Origin: a virus
Taxonomy: Duplodnaviria; Caudoviricetes
DNA: 34,481 nucleotides
Virus record (IMG/VR): IMGVR_UViG_3300043372_000273
Location: 1 to 34,481 of that record
Direction: 5' to 3' (one strand)
Shown: one piece after another, positions 25,415-34,420 of the stretch
How the letters are laid out: the number at the start of each line of letters is the position of its first letter
Numbering within the stretch: position 1 is the stretch's first letter
Made by a program: the position numbers and the translations under genes
Notes under the pieces: generated by a model
The model's input: only the letters and a program-made list of their open reading frames with translations
What the model was told of the DNA's origin: nothing
The model's database searches: none

Positions 25415-26161
25415 ATGATCCCTGACTACTTCCAACAACTCCAAGACGACGTGTGGGGTGTGCTCACCAATGACGCAGGCTTCACCTTTGTGCCTGTTTA
25501 CCGCGTGCGCACGCCCTTGGAGCGCGATGCTGAGGGCGAGGCGGTGGTGGGCCGTAGCAACCTGATTGAGGAGCAGATTGAGCAGGCTCTTGGCGGCATG
25601 GCCTTTAAGGGTGGCAAGTGCGGCATTGTGGCCATCGTCATGCTGCCCGATGTGCAGGCTGTCTCTGCTGAATCTCGCGGACCCGCCATGCAATTCACGA
25701 TCATGGTGCGCATCATTGAAGATCGGCTCTTTAACGAGTCCGAAACGGGCACAGGCATCACCTCGGCACGCCTTGCCCTGCACACGGTCCAGCTGCTGCA
25801 GCAGCGCAACCTTCTAGGCTGGCATGGCGTTTCGGTGGATCCGACCAAGATGCTGGAAGAGATCAATCTGCCGGATGACCGCAAAGCCTGGGAAGTGCGG
25901 GTCAAGGTCAGCCTAAGCCCGATCCCGCTCGGACGCGTAGCACGGCCGCTAATTACCAAGGATGGCAACGACATCACAATCACCTGCAGCACGCCGGATG
26001 CCGTCATCTATTACACCACCGATGGTAGCTGGCCTGGACCGGCTAACGTGGTCTCGGTGGTTTATGAAAACTTTATCGACGCAACCACGCTGACCACCCT
26101 GCGCGTGGTCGCGTATGCCGCAGATCTGCAATGCAGTGATGACGTGTCTTGGGTGGCTTGA
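25415..26161 (+). CDS. Putative tail terminator with C-terminal Fn3-associated/CHB_HEX_C-like Ig domain
   Basis: Position before the tail tube gene; ITITCSTPDAVIYYTTDGSWP...LRVVAY signature. Confidence 0.65.
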   Translation: MIPDYFQQLQDDVWGVLTNDAGFTFVPVYRVRTPLERDAEGEAVVGRSNLIEEQIEQALGGMAFKGGKCGIVAIVMLPDVQAVSAESRGPAMQFTIMVRIIEDRLFNESETGTGITSARLALHTVQLLQQRNLLGWHGVSVDPTKMLEEINLPDDRKAWEVRVKVSLSPIPLGRVARPLITKDGNDITITCSTPDAVIYYTTDGSWPGPANVVSVVYENFIDATTLTTLRVVAYAADLQCSDDVSWVA

Positions 26162-26174
26162 GGCGTGTTTGCTG

Positions 26175-26202
26175 GCCCCGTTTTGGCTCATTGGGTCAGA
26201 TG
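26175..26202 (+). promoter_or_regulatory. Putative late-promoter box, copy 3 (before tail tube)
   Basis: GCCCCGTTTTGGCTCATTGGGTCAGATG. Confidence 0.65.
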
Positions 26203-26235
26203 ACGAGGTCGTGAAAAAGCGGAGGGTGGTAGCGC

Positions 26236-27213
26236 ATGAACCGCGACACCATCATCAAGACACCGGGCAAGATTGTTTTTGACCCGACCAATAGCAACAC
26301 TGCGTTACGCATCCCACTCTATTCCTCAGACGGCATCTCGTTTGAGATCCAAGAGACCCTGCAAATGATCCCGAATCAGGTGCATGGTGAGTCCTCTCAG
26401 GTCGTGACGGCACGACTGGCCGTGGTGAAGCTGAAGCCGACCGCGTTCACAGCGGCTGCCCTGGCTAAACTCTTCACGCACGGTCCCGCCTTTGCCACCC
26501 GACCCGGCACGAGCATTATCGGCAGCACAGACAAAATCATCGACATTTGCACGATGGACGGCAAGCGCCGCCGCCTGCTCAATGCCTTTGTGTTTGGTGA
26601 GCCTGCGATCTCCTGCGAAATCGGCAAGACGATCCTTGGCGAGGTCACCATCTACGGCATCGTCATCACAGGCGGTGACAGTGCCAGCTTGGCTAACCTC
26701 TACACGACGACTGACCAAGCCTGGGCTGATTCTGACTGGGACCCAGCCGCCGAGATCACCCCAGGCTGGAATGCCTCTTGGTCGATCACGGGCACAGCGA
26801 CGGCTTGGGACTCCCTAGAGACGCTAGGTGGTGTGACGATCACGCCGAAGAGTGAGCTGGATGAAATGGTGAATAATCGTGACGGCCTGCGCAATGTGTC
26901 GATCAAGAATTACAGCGTGGAAGCTAAGGCCAAGGTCTTCAATATCTCTGAGGCTCTCGTCGTCGCCGCTCGCTTCGGCAACGGCACACAGGCGCTCGGT
27001 AGCCGTAAGACCTCGCTGGGGCGTAACCTGAAAATGCGCGCCGTTGGCGGTGGCGCTTTCATTACCGTGTTTAACTCGGTGCTGCAACCGCAGAGCTTTA
27101 GTTACAACTCGGCTGACACCGTGGTCGGTGACCTGACGTGGATGTCAGATCCCGTCGTTTCAAGTGGTCGTAAGACGCATCTTCTTGTCAGCACCACGGA
27201 CCCTGACGCTTAA
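26236..27213 (+). CDS. Probable major tail tube protein
   Basis: Beta-rich 325-aa protein at the start of the tail block; no sheath-like gene nearby. Confidence 0.6.
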   Translation: MNRDTIIKTPGKIVFDPTNSNTALRIPLYSSDGISFEIQETLQMIPNQVHGESSQVVTARLAVVKLKPTAFTAAALAKLFTHGPAFATRPGTSIIGSTDKIIDICTMDGKRRRLLNAFVFGEPAISCEIGKTILGEVTIYGIVITGGDSASLANLYTTTDQAWADSDWDPAAEITPGWNASWSITGTATAWDSLETLGGVTITPKSELDEMVNNRDGLRNVSIKNYSVEAKAKVFNISEALVVAARFGNGTQALGSRKTSLGRNLKMRAVGGGAFITVFNSVLQPQSFSYNSADTVVGDLTWMSDPVVSSGRKTHLLVSTTDPDA

Positions 27214-27242
27214 CCGCTGACACACCCTCCTTCCTTCTCCTT

Positions 27243-27413
27243 ATGATTCTAGCCTCCGGCATTGACCTCTGTGACCTGACGCAAGGCAATGACTTTGCAG
27301 CGGCTCTGCAGGATGCTGCAAAGTGGGAGGAGCTGAGGCTGGAACTCTTAGCTCTAGAAGCGGCCAAAGTGGCGGCTGATGCAACCTTAAGCCTTTACCA
27401 AGACGCTTACTGA
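27243..27413 (+). CDS. 56-aa acidic hypothetical protein (not in the ORF track)
   Basis: MILASGIDLCDLTQGNDFAAALQDAAKWEELRLELLALEAAKVAADATLSLYQDAY ends 2 nt before the next ATG; tail-chaperone position. Confidence 0.6.
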   Translation: MILASGIDLCDLTQGNDFAAALQDAAKWEELRLELLALEAAKVAADATLSLYQDAY

Positions 27414-27415
27414 TC

Positions 27416-28075
27416 ATGGCGACCAAGTCCAGCCAACGCCGCGCTAAGCGCACTGCTAAACGAGCTGCTGCAACGCAAGCGCGGCGCGATGACAAACGCA
27501 CGGTGGCCAAGGTGCTGAACCCGCAAGAGCGAGCCAAACGCGACGCAGAAAAAGAGGCCGCTAAAAAGCCACGAGTCACCGATGCTAAACGTGCTCTGCG
27601 CGCTGAATCCAAAGCTAAAAAAGAGGCCGCGAAGAAACCCCGCGAGACGGATGTCAAACGCGCCGAACGAGCTAAAGCCAAAGCTGCAAAAGCAGCCGCT
27701 GAAAGCCAAGCCAAAGCCGATGCCAGAGAGGCGCGGAAAGCCGACCGTGAAGCACGCAAAGGCAAGGCCAAGCAAGACCACCTCTACAGCGAAGACCCCA
27801 ACGCCGAACTGCGCGACAAACGCGAGGCTGAGAAATCCGCCAAGCAAGATCACCTCTACAGCGCAGACCCCAACGCCATCGCCCGCGATGAGCGCGAGGC
27901 AAAGAAGGCCGCCAACCAAGACCACCTCTACACGGCAGATCCAGCGCGTGAATCAGCGGCTCCTGTGTCTGCGCCGCCTGTCGTCACCAATGCTGCTGAG
28001 GCCACAGTGACAGCGGTAAACGCCCAAGCCTGGTCAACTCTCAATACCAAAATTTCCACTCTGACTGCCCCATGA
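27416..28075 (+). CDS. Lys/Arg/Ala-rich repeat protein
   Basis: Two KEAAKKPR.TD.KRA units (69-bp period) and three QDHLY..DP units (72-bp period); 4-nt overlap with the next gene. Confidence 0.72.
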   Translation: MATKSSQRRAKRTAKRAAATQARRDDKRTVAKVLNPQERAKRDAEKEAAKKPRVTDAKRALRAESKAKKEAAKKPRETDVKRAERAKAKAAKAAAESQAKADAREARKADREARKGKAKQDHLYSEDPNAELRDKREAEKSAKQDHLYSADPNAIARDEREAKKAANQDHLYTADPARESAAPVSAPPVVTNAAEATVTAVNAQAWSTLNTKISTLTAP

Positions 28076-29250
28076 GACTGCTGCTAGAAACTGAAGACCG
28101 CGATCCCTACTGGCTGGTCGGTGATCCAACGCTGAATGAACGCACAGACCAATCGGCTGGCATGTCAGAACAGATCCAAGTGACGCGCAACCAGCAGGTC
28201 GTGACAGGTGCGGGTTGGGACTCGGCTTTAGGTCTGGATCGTGGCAACCAGCAGGTGACGATCACAGCGACGACGCGCCGTCAATTCGACTCTGAGAAAG
28301 AGCGCATGGACTTCATCGCTGAGCTCGCAGCAACGAACCCGAGCGAGCAACTGCACCGCTGGGCAGGCACGGTGACGGTGAGCATTGACGAACTGGCGGA
28401 CGATACCCTGCGCAACTACGTTTTACCCAATGCCACCGTGAGCTTGGTCGGCATGGTGCTGGGGGCTGCGGTTGGTCTAAATCTGACTTACCAGGTCAGG
28501 GCTGGTGGTTTTGGCGAGCGCTCCACTTCCGGCCAAGGTGAAACCTTTAACCTGGTGGCCACCGATGCGGGCGGCATTTGGTTAGAGATTGATGATGGCG
28601 TGATGAACTCGGCTATCACTGCCGCACTGGCCGCGAGTAGCAACGGCGTCGTGGAACTGGGCATGTATCGACAGACCATCAATGCTACCACCGGCGCGAT
28701 TGGCACTCCAGCTCTCAGAGGTGGCACGATCCTTTTCTTTGCGGACGCAACGGCCTATGATGATTACCTCGGCTCTGACAGGTCGCTGTATGAGGCGCTG
28801 AATGTCGGACGATGGAATCTGGTCAGCGCGGACGGCATCACCTTTTATCATCGCTGGTCGATCAATGCCACGTGGTCAGGTGGTCTGAAAGGTTGTGCTG
28901 GTTTTACGCTGCCCTTTTCCAATGCGCGGCAGCGGATGCTGAAACAGCCTGTGGCTCCTCAGCCGACAGTTTTTGGCGGTGTGCCGGCCTTTGGTCCGCC
29001 TTCCGCAGGAATGGGCGAAGTCCGTGAGAGCAAGCTCATCCTTAACACCGTCAATGATGGTGAGCCCGGCACCAATGCGCGGCTCTGGACTCTGCGCCTG
29101 ACGCGGCAGCAAGAGAGTAGTAGCGGGGTAGTCTCCTATGTCCTCGGTGATCCCATCGCGACCTTTGATTTCTCCTTTCCTGGCACGGTCAACCTGACCG
29201 CTAACTCAACCTCAGGCACCATCTATCAGCTCACTGGCTTCATTGCGTAA
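28072..29250 (+). CDS. Tail structural protein (distal-tail-like N-terminal region plus extension)
   Basis: 392 aa, beta-rich, within the tail block; function inferred from position only. Confidence 0.55.
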   Translation: MRLLLETEDRDPYWLVGDPTLNERTDQSAGMSEQIQVTRNQQVVTGAGWDSALGLDRGNQQVTITATTRRQFDSEKERMDFIAELAATNPSEQLHRWAGTVTVSIDELADDTLRNYVLPNATVSLVGMVLGAAVGLNLTYQVRAGGFGERSTSGQGETFNLVATDAGGIWLEIDDGVMNSAITAALAASSNGVVELGMYRQTINATTGAIGTPALRGGTILFFADATAYDDYLGSDRSLYEALNVGRWNLVSADGITFYHRWSINATWSGGLKGCAGFTLPFSNARQRMLKQPVAPQPTVFGGVPAFGPPSAGMGEVRESKLILNTVNDGEPGTNARLWTLRLTRQQESSSGVVSYVLGDPIATFDFSFPGTVNLTANSTSGTIYQLTGFIA

Positions 29251-29264
29251 CCCCCAATCCTCCT

Positions 29265-29693
29265 ATGCCAAACCAAGATAAAAACATCTCAACCTTTCCC
29301 CAAGCCATCGTGGACGGCTACGCCCTCGGCACATCCGGCGGCAGTGCTAAACTTTTCTACACGCGCCCATGGTCGGCGGGTCGCTGGCGTGGTGTGAAGG
29401 TCATCACGGGCACGATTTACACGCTTACGATTGATGATGAAGGCTACCTCCTGCAATTCACCAATAGCGGGGCGATCTCGGTCACTTTACCGACTCAAGT
29501 TTCTGTGGATTTCCCCGTCGGTGGAGGCGTCACCATCCTGCGAGTGGGCACAGGCCAGATCACGGTGCTGCCTGCGTCTGGGGTGACCCTGACATCAGCC
29601 GGTCGCCCTAAATTCCGCGTGACTGGCAGTGCCGCCGAAGTCCGCAAGATGGCCACGAATGACTGGCTGATGTGGGGCGATACCCTGGCTTAA
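29265..29693 (+). CDS. Small fibre-type structural domain protein
   Basis: YTLTIDDEG.LL...ISVTLP...FPVG...GTGQITV...GVTL...WLMWGD pattern seen in phage fibre domains. Confidence 0.65.
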   Translation: MPNQDKNISTFPQAIVDGYALGTSGGSAKLFYTRPWSAGRWRGVKVITGTIYTLTIDDEGYLLQFTNSGAISVTLPTQVSVDFPVGGGVTILRVGTGQITVLPASGVTLTSAGRPKFRVTGSAAEVRKMATNDWLMWGDTLA

Positions 29694-29731
29694 ACAAGAC
29701 TCTACACGCTCAACTCAACAACGCTTTCCGC

Positions 29732-31513
29732 ATGATTTTTTCTGCTCTCATTCCACCCAACCGCTGCGGTCTCCGCGTGGCAGCTCTTAGCAATCTGAGC
29801 CTGCTGGCTGAGCTAGGACATCCTCACGTCATCGGTGGCGACATGCTGCCGCTCATCTTTGAGCAGCGGATGCCATCCCCCGACGATCAAGAGTGGCGAG
29901 ATGGTCGCAAATGCATTGGCTACTGGGTCTGCGAATCATCCGTGGCCAGCTCCAAGTATAGATCGGCGATGGATGCCTACGCTCAGATCTGGACGGCCAG
30001 CGAAGCCAGCGCCAAAGCTCTGCGCGCCACTGGAAGCAAGACGCCTGTGTATGTCGTGCCGCATCATGTGCCAGTGCCTGACAAGGAGATTGTCCGCAGC
30101 GACCGCGACACAGTGACAACACTCTTTGCCTTCATGCCACCGATGGAGCGCAAGAACCCTGAGGCGGTCATTCGCGCCTGGCAGGCAGCGTTTCCCAAAG
30201 ACGCCACCACAAAGGAGTCGCGCCAAGCTCGGCTGATCCTAAAAGTTAGACATGCAGCACCAGCGCTCATCCGTTTGATGCAAATCTTAGTCGAAGCTGA
30301 TTCGCGCATTGAGATCATCGACAAGGACCTGAGTGATGAAGCCATGGCTGAGCTCTACGAGCGTGCTGACATTTGGCTGAGCCTGCAACGGGCTGGCGCT
30401 TTTGAACTGCACATCGCGCAGGCGGCTGCTGCAGGCCTGCCGATCATTACCACCGCAGTCGGAGGGCCTCTCGGTTACCTGACGGATGATGCCGCCTACT
30501 TCATTCCGGGGCGCGAAGTCCCACCGCTTCAGGAGTGCCTGATGAATGAGTCCGGTGTCTGGATCGAGCCGGATCAACAGGCCACCGTGGCCGCGCTGCG
30601 GGTGCTAGCCAAGAGTGCCAAGCTACGCACCAAGATGGGCGCGGCGGCCCGTGAATGTGTGGAAACTTGGTTAAGCAAAGACGCAGTGAAGCTGGCGATG
30701 CAGACTGCGCTGGCAGACTTCGAACTGCTGCCACAACCCGCCGCTGCTAAGCGCCAGCGTGCGCCGAAATACCACCGGCTTAATCGCTTGGTTGAACCCC
30801 TCCGCACAGGGCTGGATATGGTCGGTGCACCGGCTCTGAGGCTGGAAAGTCATGTGCCGCTGATCCTATCCCACCGCCGCAGTGGCACGCATCTTCTCGG
30901 TGCGCTGATTCAGAAGCACTGGGGTGGTGACCGCTGGCTGAAGTCACACGATTGGCCTGAGCGGAGGCCGGAAGGTTATCCGACTCTCTACGTGCTGCGG
31001 AATCCGATTGATGCGCTCTACAGCACCTACCTCTGGTGGCGCACCGGTGGCGGTTCAAACAATCCTGAAATCGCCGCTGTGGTGGATAAGTTAACCTTTG
31101 CCCAATGGCTGAAAGGCGATGCAGGCAAGATCATCGGTTATCAGTCCTGGCGCTGTGGCGATCGTGACAACATGGAGGTGACGCGTGGTCAAATGTATGA
31201 TCCTCTCCGCTACTGGCGCGACCACTGGCGTGCCGCGCATGAAGCTGGCATCACCGTGCTTCTTTATGAGGACATGGTCCGTCATCCAGCCAGCCTGATG
31301 GCAGGCCTGACTCAGCTCCTGGAGCGACCACCGATCACGCCGATGGAAGTGCTAACTGAGCGTGTAGGACTGGCACCGAGTGACATCACCCAGATCGGCG
31401 AATCCTTCAACCAATGGCCTGCCAACGAGCTGGCGCGGCTCGACTCGCTGCTGAGCCCCGAACTCATGCAGAGCATCGGCTGCAAGAGCCGTGCGGAGTG
31501 GCTGCAACAGTAA
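29732..31513 (+). CDS. GT-B (GT4-like) glycosyltransferase fused to a PAPS-dependent sulfotransferase domain
   Basis: IGYWVCE, QIWTASE, ERKNPEAVIRAW and GLPIITTAVGG; then SHRRSGTHLL (5'-PSB), LKSH, VLRNPIDALYS (3'-PB) and LYEDMVRHP. Confidence 0.85.
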   Translation: MIFSALIPPNRCGLRVAALSNLSLLAELGHPHVIGGDMLPLIFEQRMPSPDDQEWRDGRKCIGYWVCESSVASSKYRSAMDAYAQIWTASEASAKALRATGSKTPVYVVPHHVPVPDKEIVRSDRDTVTTLFAFMPPMERKNPEAVIRAWQAAFPKDATTKESRQARLILKVRHAAPALIRLMQILVEADSRIEIIDKDLSDEAMAELYERADIWLSLQRAGAFELHIAQAAAAGLPIITTAVGGPLGYLTDDAAYFIPGREVPPLQECLMNESGVWIEPDQQATVAALRVLAKSAKLRTKMGAAARECVETWLSKDAVKLAMQTALADFELLPQPAAAKRQRAPKYHRLNRLVEPLRTGLDMVGAPALRLESHVPLILSHRRSGTHLLGALIQKHWGGDRWLKSHDWPERRPEGYPTLYVLRNPIDALYSTYLWWRTGGGSNNPEIAAVVDKLTFAQWLKGDAGKIIGYQSWRCGDRDNMEVTRGQMYDPLRYWRDHWRAAHEAGITVLLYEDMVRHPASLMAGLTQLLERPPITPMEVLTERVGLAPSDITQIGESFNQWPANELARLDSLLSPELMQSIGCKSRAEWLQQ

Positions 31514-31531
31514 TCTTTATTCATCCGCATC

Positions 31532-33043
31532 ATGGCCGAGACCACCGTCAATATCGCAATTAAGACGACCGCCAACACAGCGGGCAGTCAAGCTGCGGAG
31601 AAGTCGCTCAAGGAGCTGGCTGTCGAACTCAAAGAGACGCAGCGGCAGATGCACAAGCTCGATGAAAGCTCGCCTGATTATGCTCAGGTGTCTGCACGGG
31701 CGGATGAGCTAAAGGGCAGGCTGAATGAGCTGGGGGAGAGTAGCGGGCGTGCGGCAACCAAAGGCGGTAACTTTGCCCAAGCAATGCTCCAAGGATCGCG
31801 TGGTGTGCAAGACTTTGCGGCAGCTGGCATTCCAGGCATGGTCAATAACGTCGAATCTCTAGCTACAGCGATGGGAGTAGGCGCAGGCGCGGCGGGCGGT
31901 CTGACTTTGGCTTTCGTCGGCCTCGAACTGGTGATGAAGAATTGGCCCGCGATCATGGCTGCGTTTGGAGGTGTCGAAAAGACGAAAGCCTTTTGGGCAG
32001 CCATGACTCCAGATGAAGCCTACACCAAAAAAATGAATGATGCCGCAACGGCTCAAGAGCGGCTAGCAGACGGTATCCAACGTGCGGTCGATGCGCGAAA
32101 AGCTGCACTGGAAGCTCAGCAGGCGGAAGCTGATTGGCTCGAAAAGCGAAAAAAGCTCTGGGAAGATCAACAGCCAAAAGATCCACTGCCACCAATGCCT
32201 GGGACAGAGAAGCCTAGCAAAGAGCTGACAAAAGCAGCCCGAGATCAAGCCGGTGCTGAAGCACAGGCACAAGGATCACAAGCTAAATTTGCCGCTGCCG
32301 ACAAGGCTGTGCAGGATCAAGAAGCGCGGGTGAATGCCATCAATAAAGTAGCCACTTTTGATGAGCGTTTAAAGGCTGCAAACGCACAGGATAAAGAGTC
32401 GATTGGGAAGCTGAATCTAAGAGTCAATCAAGGCGGTCAAGTCGAGTCTCCAGGTGACTACGCAAAGCTCGATGAACTACAAAAAAGAATCCAAGAGCGC
32501 GGGCGTAAATTGCGCTCAGAATTGACACCGGTGCCTGGGTTAACGGATGGCTTAACGGGAGATCCCGAAAAGGACCGTGAATCACTGGGTAAAAGAGCTA
32601 CTGATGAGCGCGCTGAACTAGAGCGGTTAAAACAAGAGCGCTATCAAAAAGCACAAGCAGCAGAGAGTGATCGTGGCCAGCTTGACAAGGCTATTGTAAA
32701 TACAAATGAGACGGCTAAATTCGACGCTGAAAAGCGGCAGGCTGAGGCTTATAAACAGCTCGGTTTGCCGCCTGCCCCTGGTGCTGTTCAAGGCAACGAT
32801 GCGGCCTCTGGTTTTGTCGCTCCAATTGAGCAACAAGGCACGCAAGTGAGTGACGCTCTGAAGCAAGTTTCACAGTCCGTCAAAGGTGTGTTTTCTCAGC
32901 TCCAAGGGTCAAGCTCCGAGATGCAGCAAGGACTCACTCAGGCGCTGGGTGGCGTGATCGAAAATCAAAGCGCTGTCGTGGCCCTGATTCGTGGCCTGCA
33001 ACCCCAGATCGACCAGATCAAAACGCAGCTCAATACCCGCTAA
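31532..33043 (+). CDS. Tape-measure-like protein
   Basis: VNIAIKTTANTAG N-terminus, SRGVQDF...NNVE, a G/A-rich hydrophobic segment and long coiled coils; 503 aa. Confidence 0.7.
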   Translation: MAETTVNIAIKTTANTAGSQAAEKSLKELAVELKETQRQMHKLDESSPDYAQVSARADELKGRLNELGESSGRAATKGGNFAQAMLQGSRGVQDFAAAGIPGMVNNVESLATAMGVGAGAAGGLTLAFVGLELVMKNWPAIMAAFGGVEKTKAFWAAMTPDEAYTKKMNDAATAQERLADGIQRAVDARKAALEAQQAEADWLEKRKKLWEDQQPKDPLPPMPGTEKPSKELTKAARDQAGAEAQAQGSQAKFAAADKAVQDQEARVNAINKVATFDERLKAANAQDKESIGKLNLRVNQGGQVESPGDYAKLDELQKRIQERGRKLRSELTPVPGLTDGLTGDPEKDRESLGKRATDERAELERLKQERYQKAQAAESDRGQLDKAIVNTNETAKFDAEKRQAEAYKQLGLPPAPGAVQGNDAASGFVAPIEQQGTQVSDALKQVSQSVKGVFSQLQGSSSEMQQGLTQALGGVIENQSAVVALIRGLQPQIDQIKTQLNTR

Positions 33044-33048
33044 TTTTC

Positions 33049-34332
33049 ATGTTACGATTTACCCTTTCCATCGCCGGTCAACGGCCTGCTTTGCTGGAGG
33101 ATTTACGCCTTAATCTGATCAGCATCGACCGCGCCAATTTGCGGCCTGATACGGCCTCTCTGAGATGGACAGGTTCCTACCTGGAAACCTGCCCGATTAC
33201 CGATGACGATGAGATCGAAATATTCCTCCTAGATGCCCGTGTTTTCGTGGGCAACGCAAGGCTAGGACGCAGGTCAAATGAAGGCCTCACGATCACGGTC
33301 TCAAACTGCCTGGAAGCGATGGATAAATGGCCATGGCATACGAACCTGGCAGGCGGCTATATCTTCCCTGTTTTTGGCTCGACTTACCAGACCTTTGACG
33401 ATCCGGCTGGACCGATCACCTGGACGGTGAGCGACATCTACAGCTTTGATCCGATCTCTCGTGTTGGCACGGTGAACTACAACATTCAAACTCGCTCTCA
33501 GGTCTATCTTTTTCAGCCTATCAGCGGGGCGATCATGTCGGCACAGGACCAGTTTTTGACGCTGATCAGTGTGTGCGCAGGGCCTGTTCTCGACTTCCTC
33601 AGGGTCGGTGATATTAGCCTGAATCCGGTCGTGATTCCACAGCCTCAGCTGGTGTCTGACATCAGCTTTGCCGAGGCCATACGCAGGTCGCTGGAAATGG
33701 TCCCTGATGCCGTTGCTTGGTTCGACTACAGCGGCACTGGACCGCCAAGGATTTCCGCAGCCAGATCAGCGCCATTTGTGAGCAGCGGTTACGCGTTTCC
33801 AGGAACGCCGCTGGGCGTCGATACGGCCTCGACTCCCGGCTTTGACGTGCGTCATTTATCGGTGGAAGTGGAGCCTTTAAATCACCTCGTGCCAACGTCA
33901 GTGACCGTCCGCCGGATGGTGGGAGGAAATCCGTCAATGTTCGTTCCACCGGCCCCTGATTATGCCTTCACTTGGCCCGCAGGGAATACGTCCTTTGCCG
34001 CAGGAGCGTTGGTGCATTCTCTAGGCTCAGATGTCACTGATAACGACTGCCAGATCCTCGCCTATTCGCTCTACGAAAGCCTCAAGGATCTGCGCGGCCA
34101 AGGCACCATCGTCCTGCACGACCCCAGCTACAACGTCCCCGTGCGGCCAGGACTCAACTTACGCCCGCTGGACGTGCCTGCCGCCCTCGACCTCAAGCTT
34201 TGCGTGCAAGGCACGTCCTGGTCAGCCGCCACAGGCACCCTGACTTGCCAAGTAGGCTACCCTCCGCACCTCGGTATCGGTCAGATCCTCGATCTGCGCG
34301 CCTGGCTAAAGCGTGCCTTCTTCGGTTACTAG
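33049..34332 (+). CDS. Tail tip/hub-like protein
   Basis: After the tape measure; DISFAEAIRRSLEMVPDAVAWFDYS and VRPGLNL...LTCQVGYPPHL hub-like pattern. Confidence 0.6.
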   Translation: MLRFTLSIAGQRPALLEDLRLNLISIDRANLRPDTASLRWTGSYLETCPITDDDEIEIFLLDARVFVGNARLGRRSNEGLTITVSNCLEAMDKWPWHTNLAGGYIFPVFGSTYQTFDDPAGPITWTVSDIYSFDPISRVGTVNYNIQTRSQVYLFQPISGAIMSAQDQFLTLISVCAGPVLDFLRVGDISLNPVVIPQPQLVSDISFAEAIRRSLEMVPDAVAWFDYSGTGPPRISAARSAPFVSSGYAFPGTPLGVDTASTPGFDVRHLSVEVEPLNHLVPTSVTVRRMVGGNPSMFVPPAPDYAFTWPAGNTSFAAGALVHSLGSDVTDNDCQILAYSLYESLKDLRGQGTIVLHDPSYNVPVRPGLNLRPLDVPAALDLKLCVQGTSWSAATGTLTCQVGYPPHLGIGQILDLRAWLKRAFFGY

Positions 34333-34370
34333 CCCCTGCAATCCGCGTGCAGCTCTCCTGCAAAACCAGT

Positions 34371-34420
34371 GCAGGTTTCGTGCAAATTGCTCAAACCTGC
34401 GTAAAATCTGCTCAAACATG
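34371..34420 (-). repeat. Right-end putative transposase-binding sites (R1/R2 plus an oppositely oriented site)
   Basis: rc CATGTTTGAGCAGA (34407-34420) and rc CAGGTTTGAGCAAT (34386-34399), 21 bp apart; forward CAGGTTTCGTGCAAAT at 34372-34387. Confidence 0.75.

Larger units (their letters stand above)
24..34418. mobile_element. Mu-like transposable prophage, B3/BcepMu-type layout with internal switch and inverted early operon; siphovirus-like tail
   Basis: Transposase, MuB-like ATPase, Gam, GemA, Mu-type terminase, portal, protease, gp36, gpF and gpG are all present, with inverted end repeats. Candidate termini are TG at 24 / CA at 34417-34418 (TGTTTGTGGAG vs rc TGTTTGAGCAG, 9/11 identical) or TG at 59 / CA at 34440-34441 (each 21 bp outside the outermost core site). 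No exact target duplication is seen, so the ends are approximate. Confidence 0.93.

Noticed and set aside
27214-27420. Programmed frameshift of a tail assembly chaperone
   Set aside because: No clear slippery heptamer near the end of the 56-aa ORF.
27241-27925. Minus-strand hydrophobic or low-complexity ORFs (176 aa and 172 aa)
   Set aside because: Antisense mirrors of the K/A-rich repeat gene, which fits the operon spacing.
26236-34332. Contractile Mu-type tail
   Set aside because: No sheath, baseplate wedge or spike genes are recognisable.
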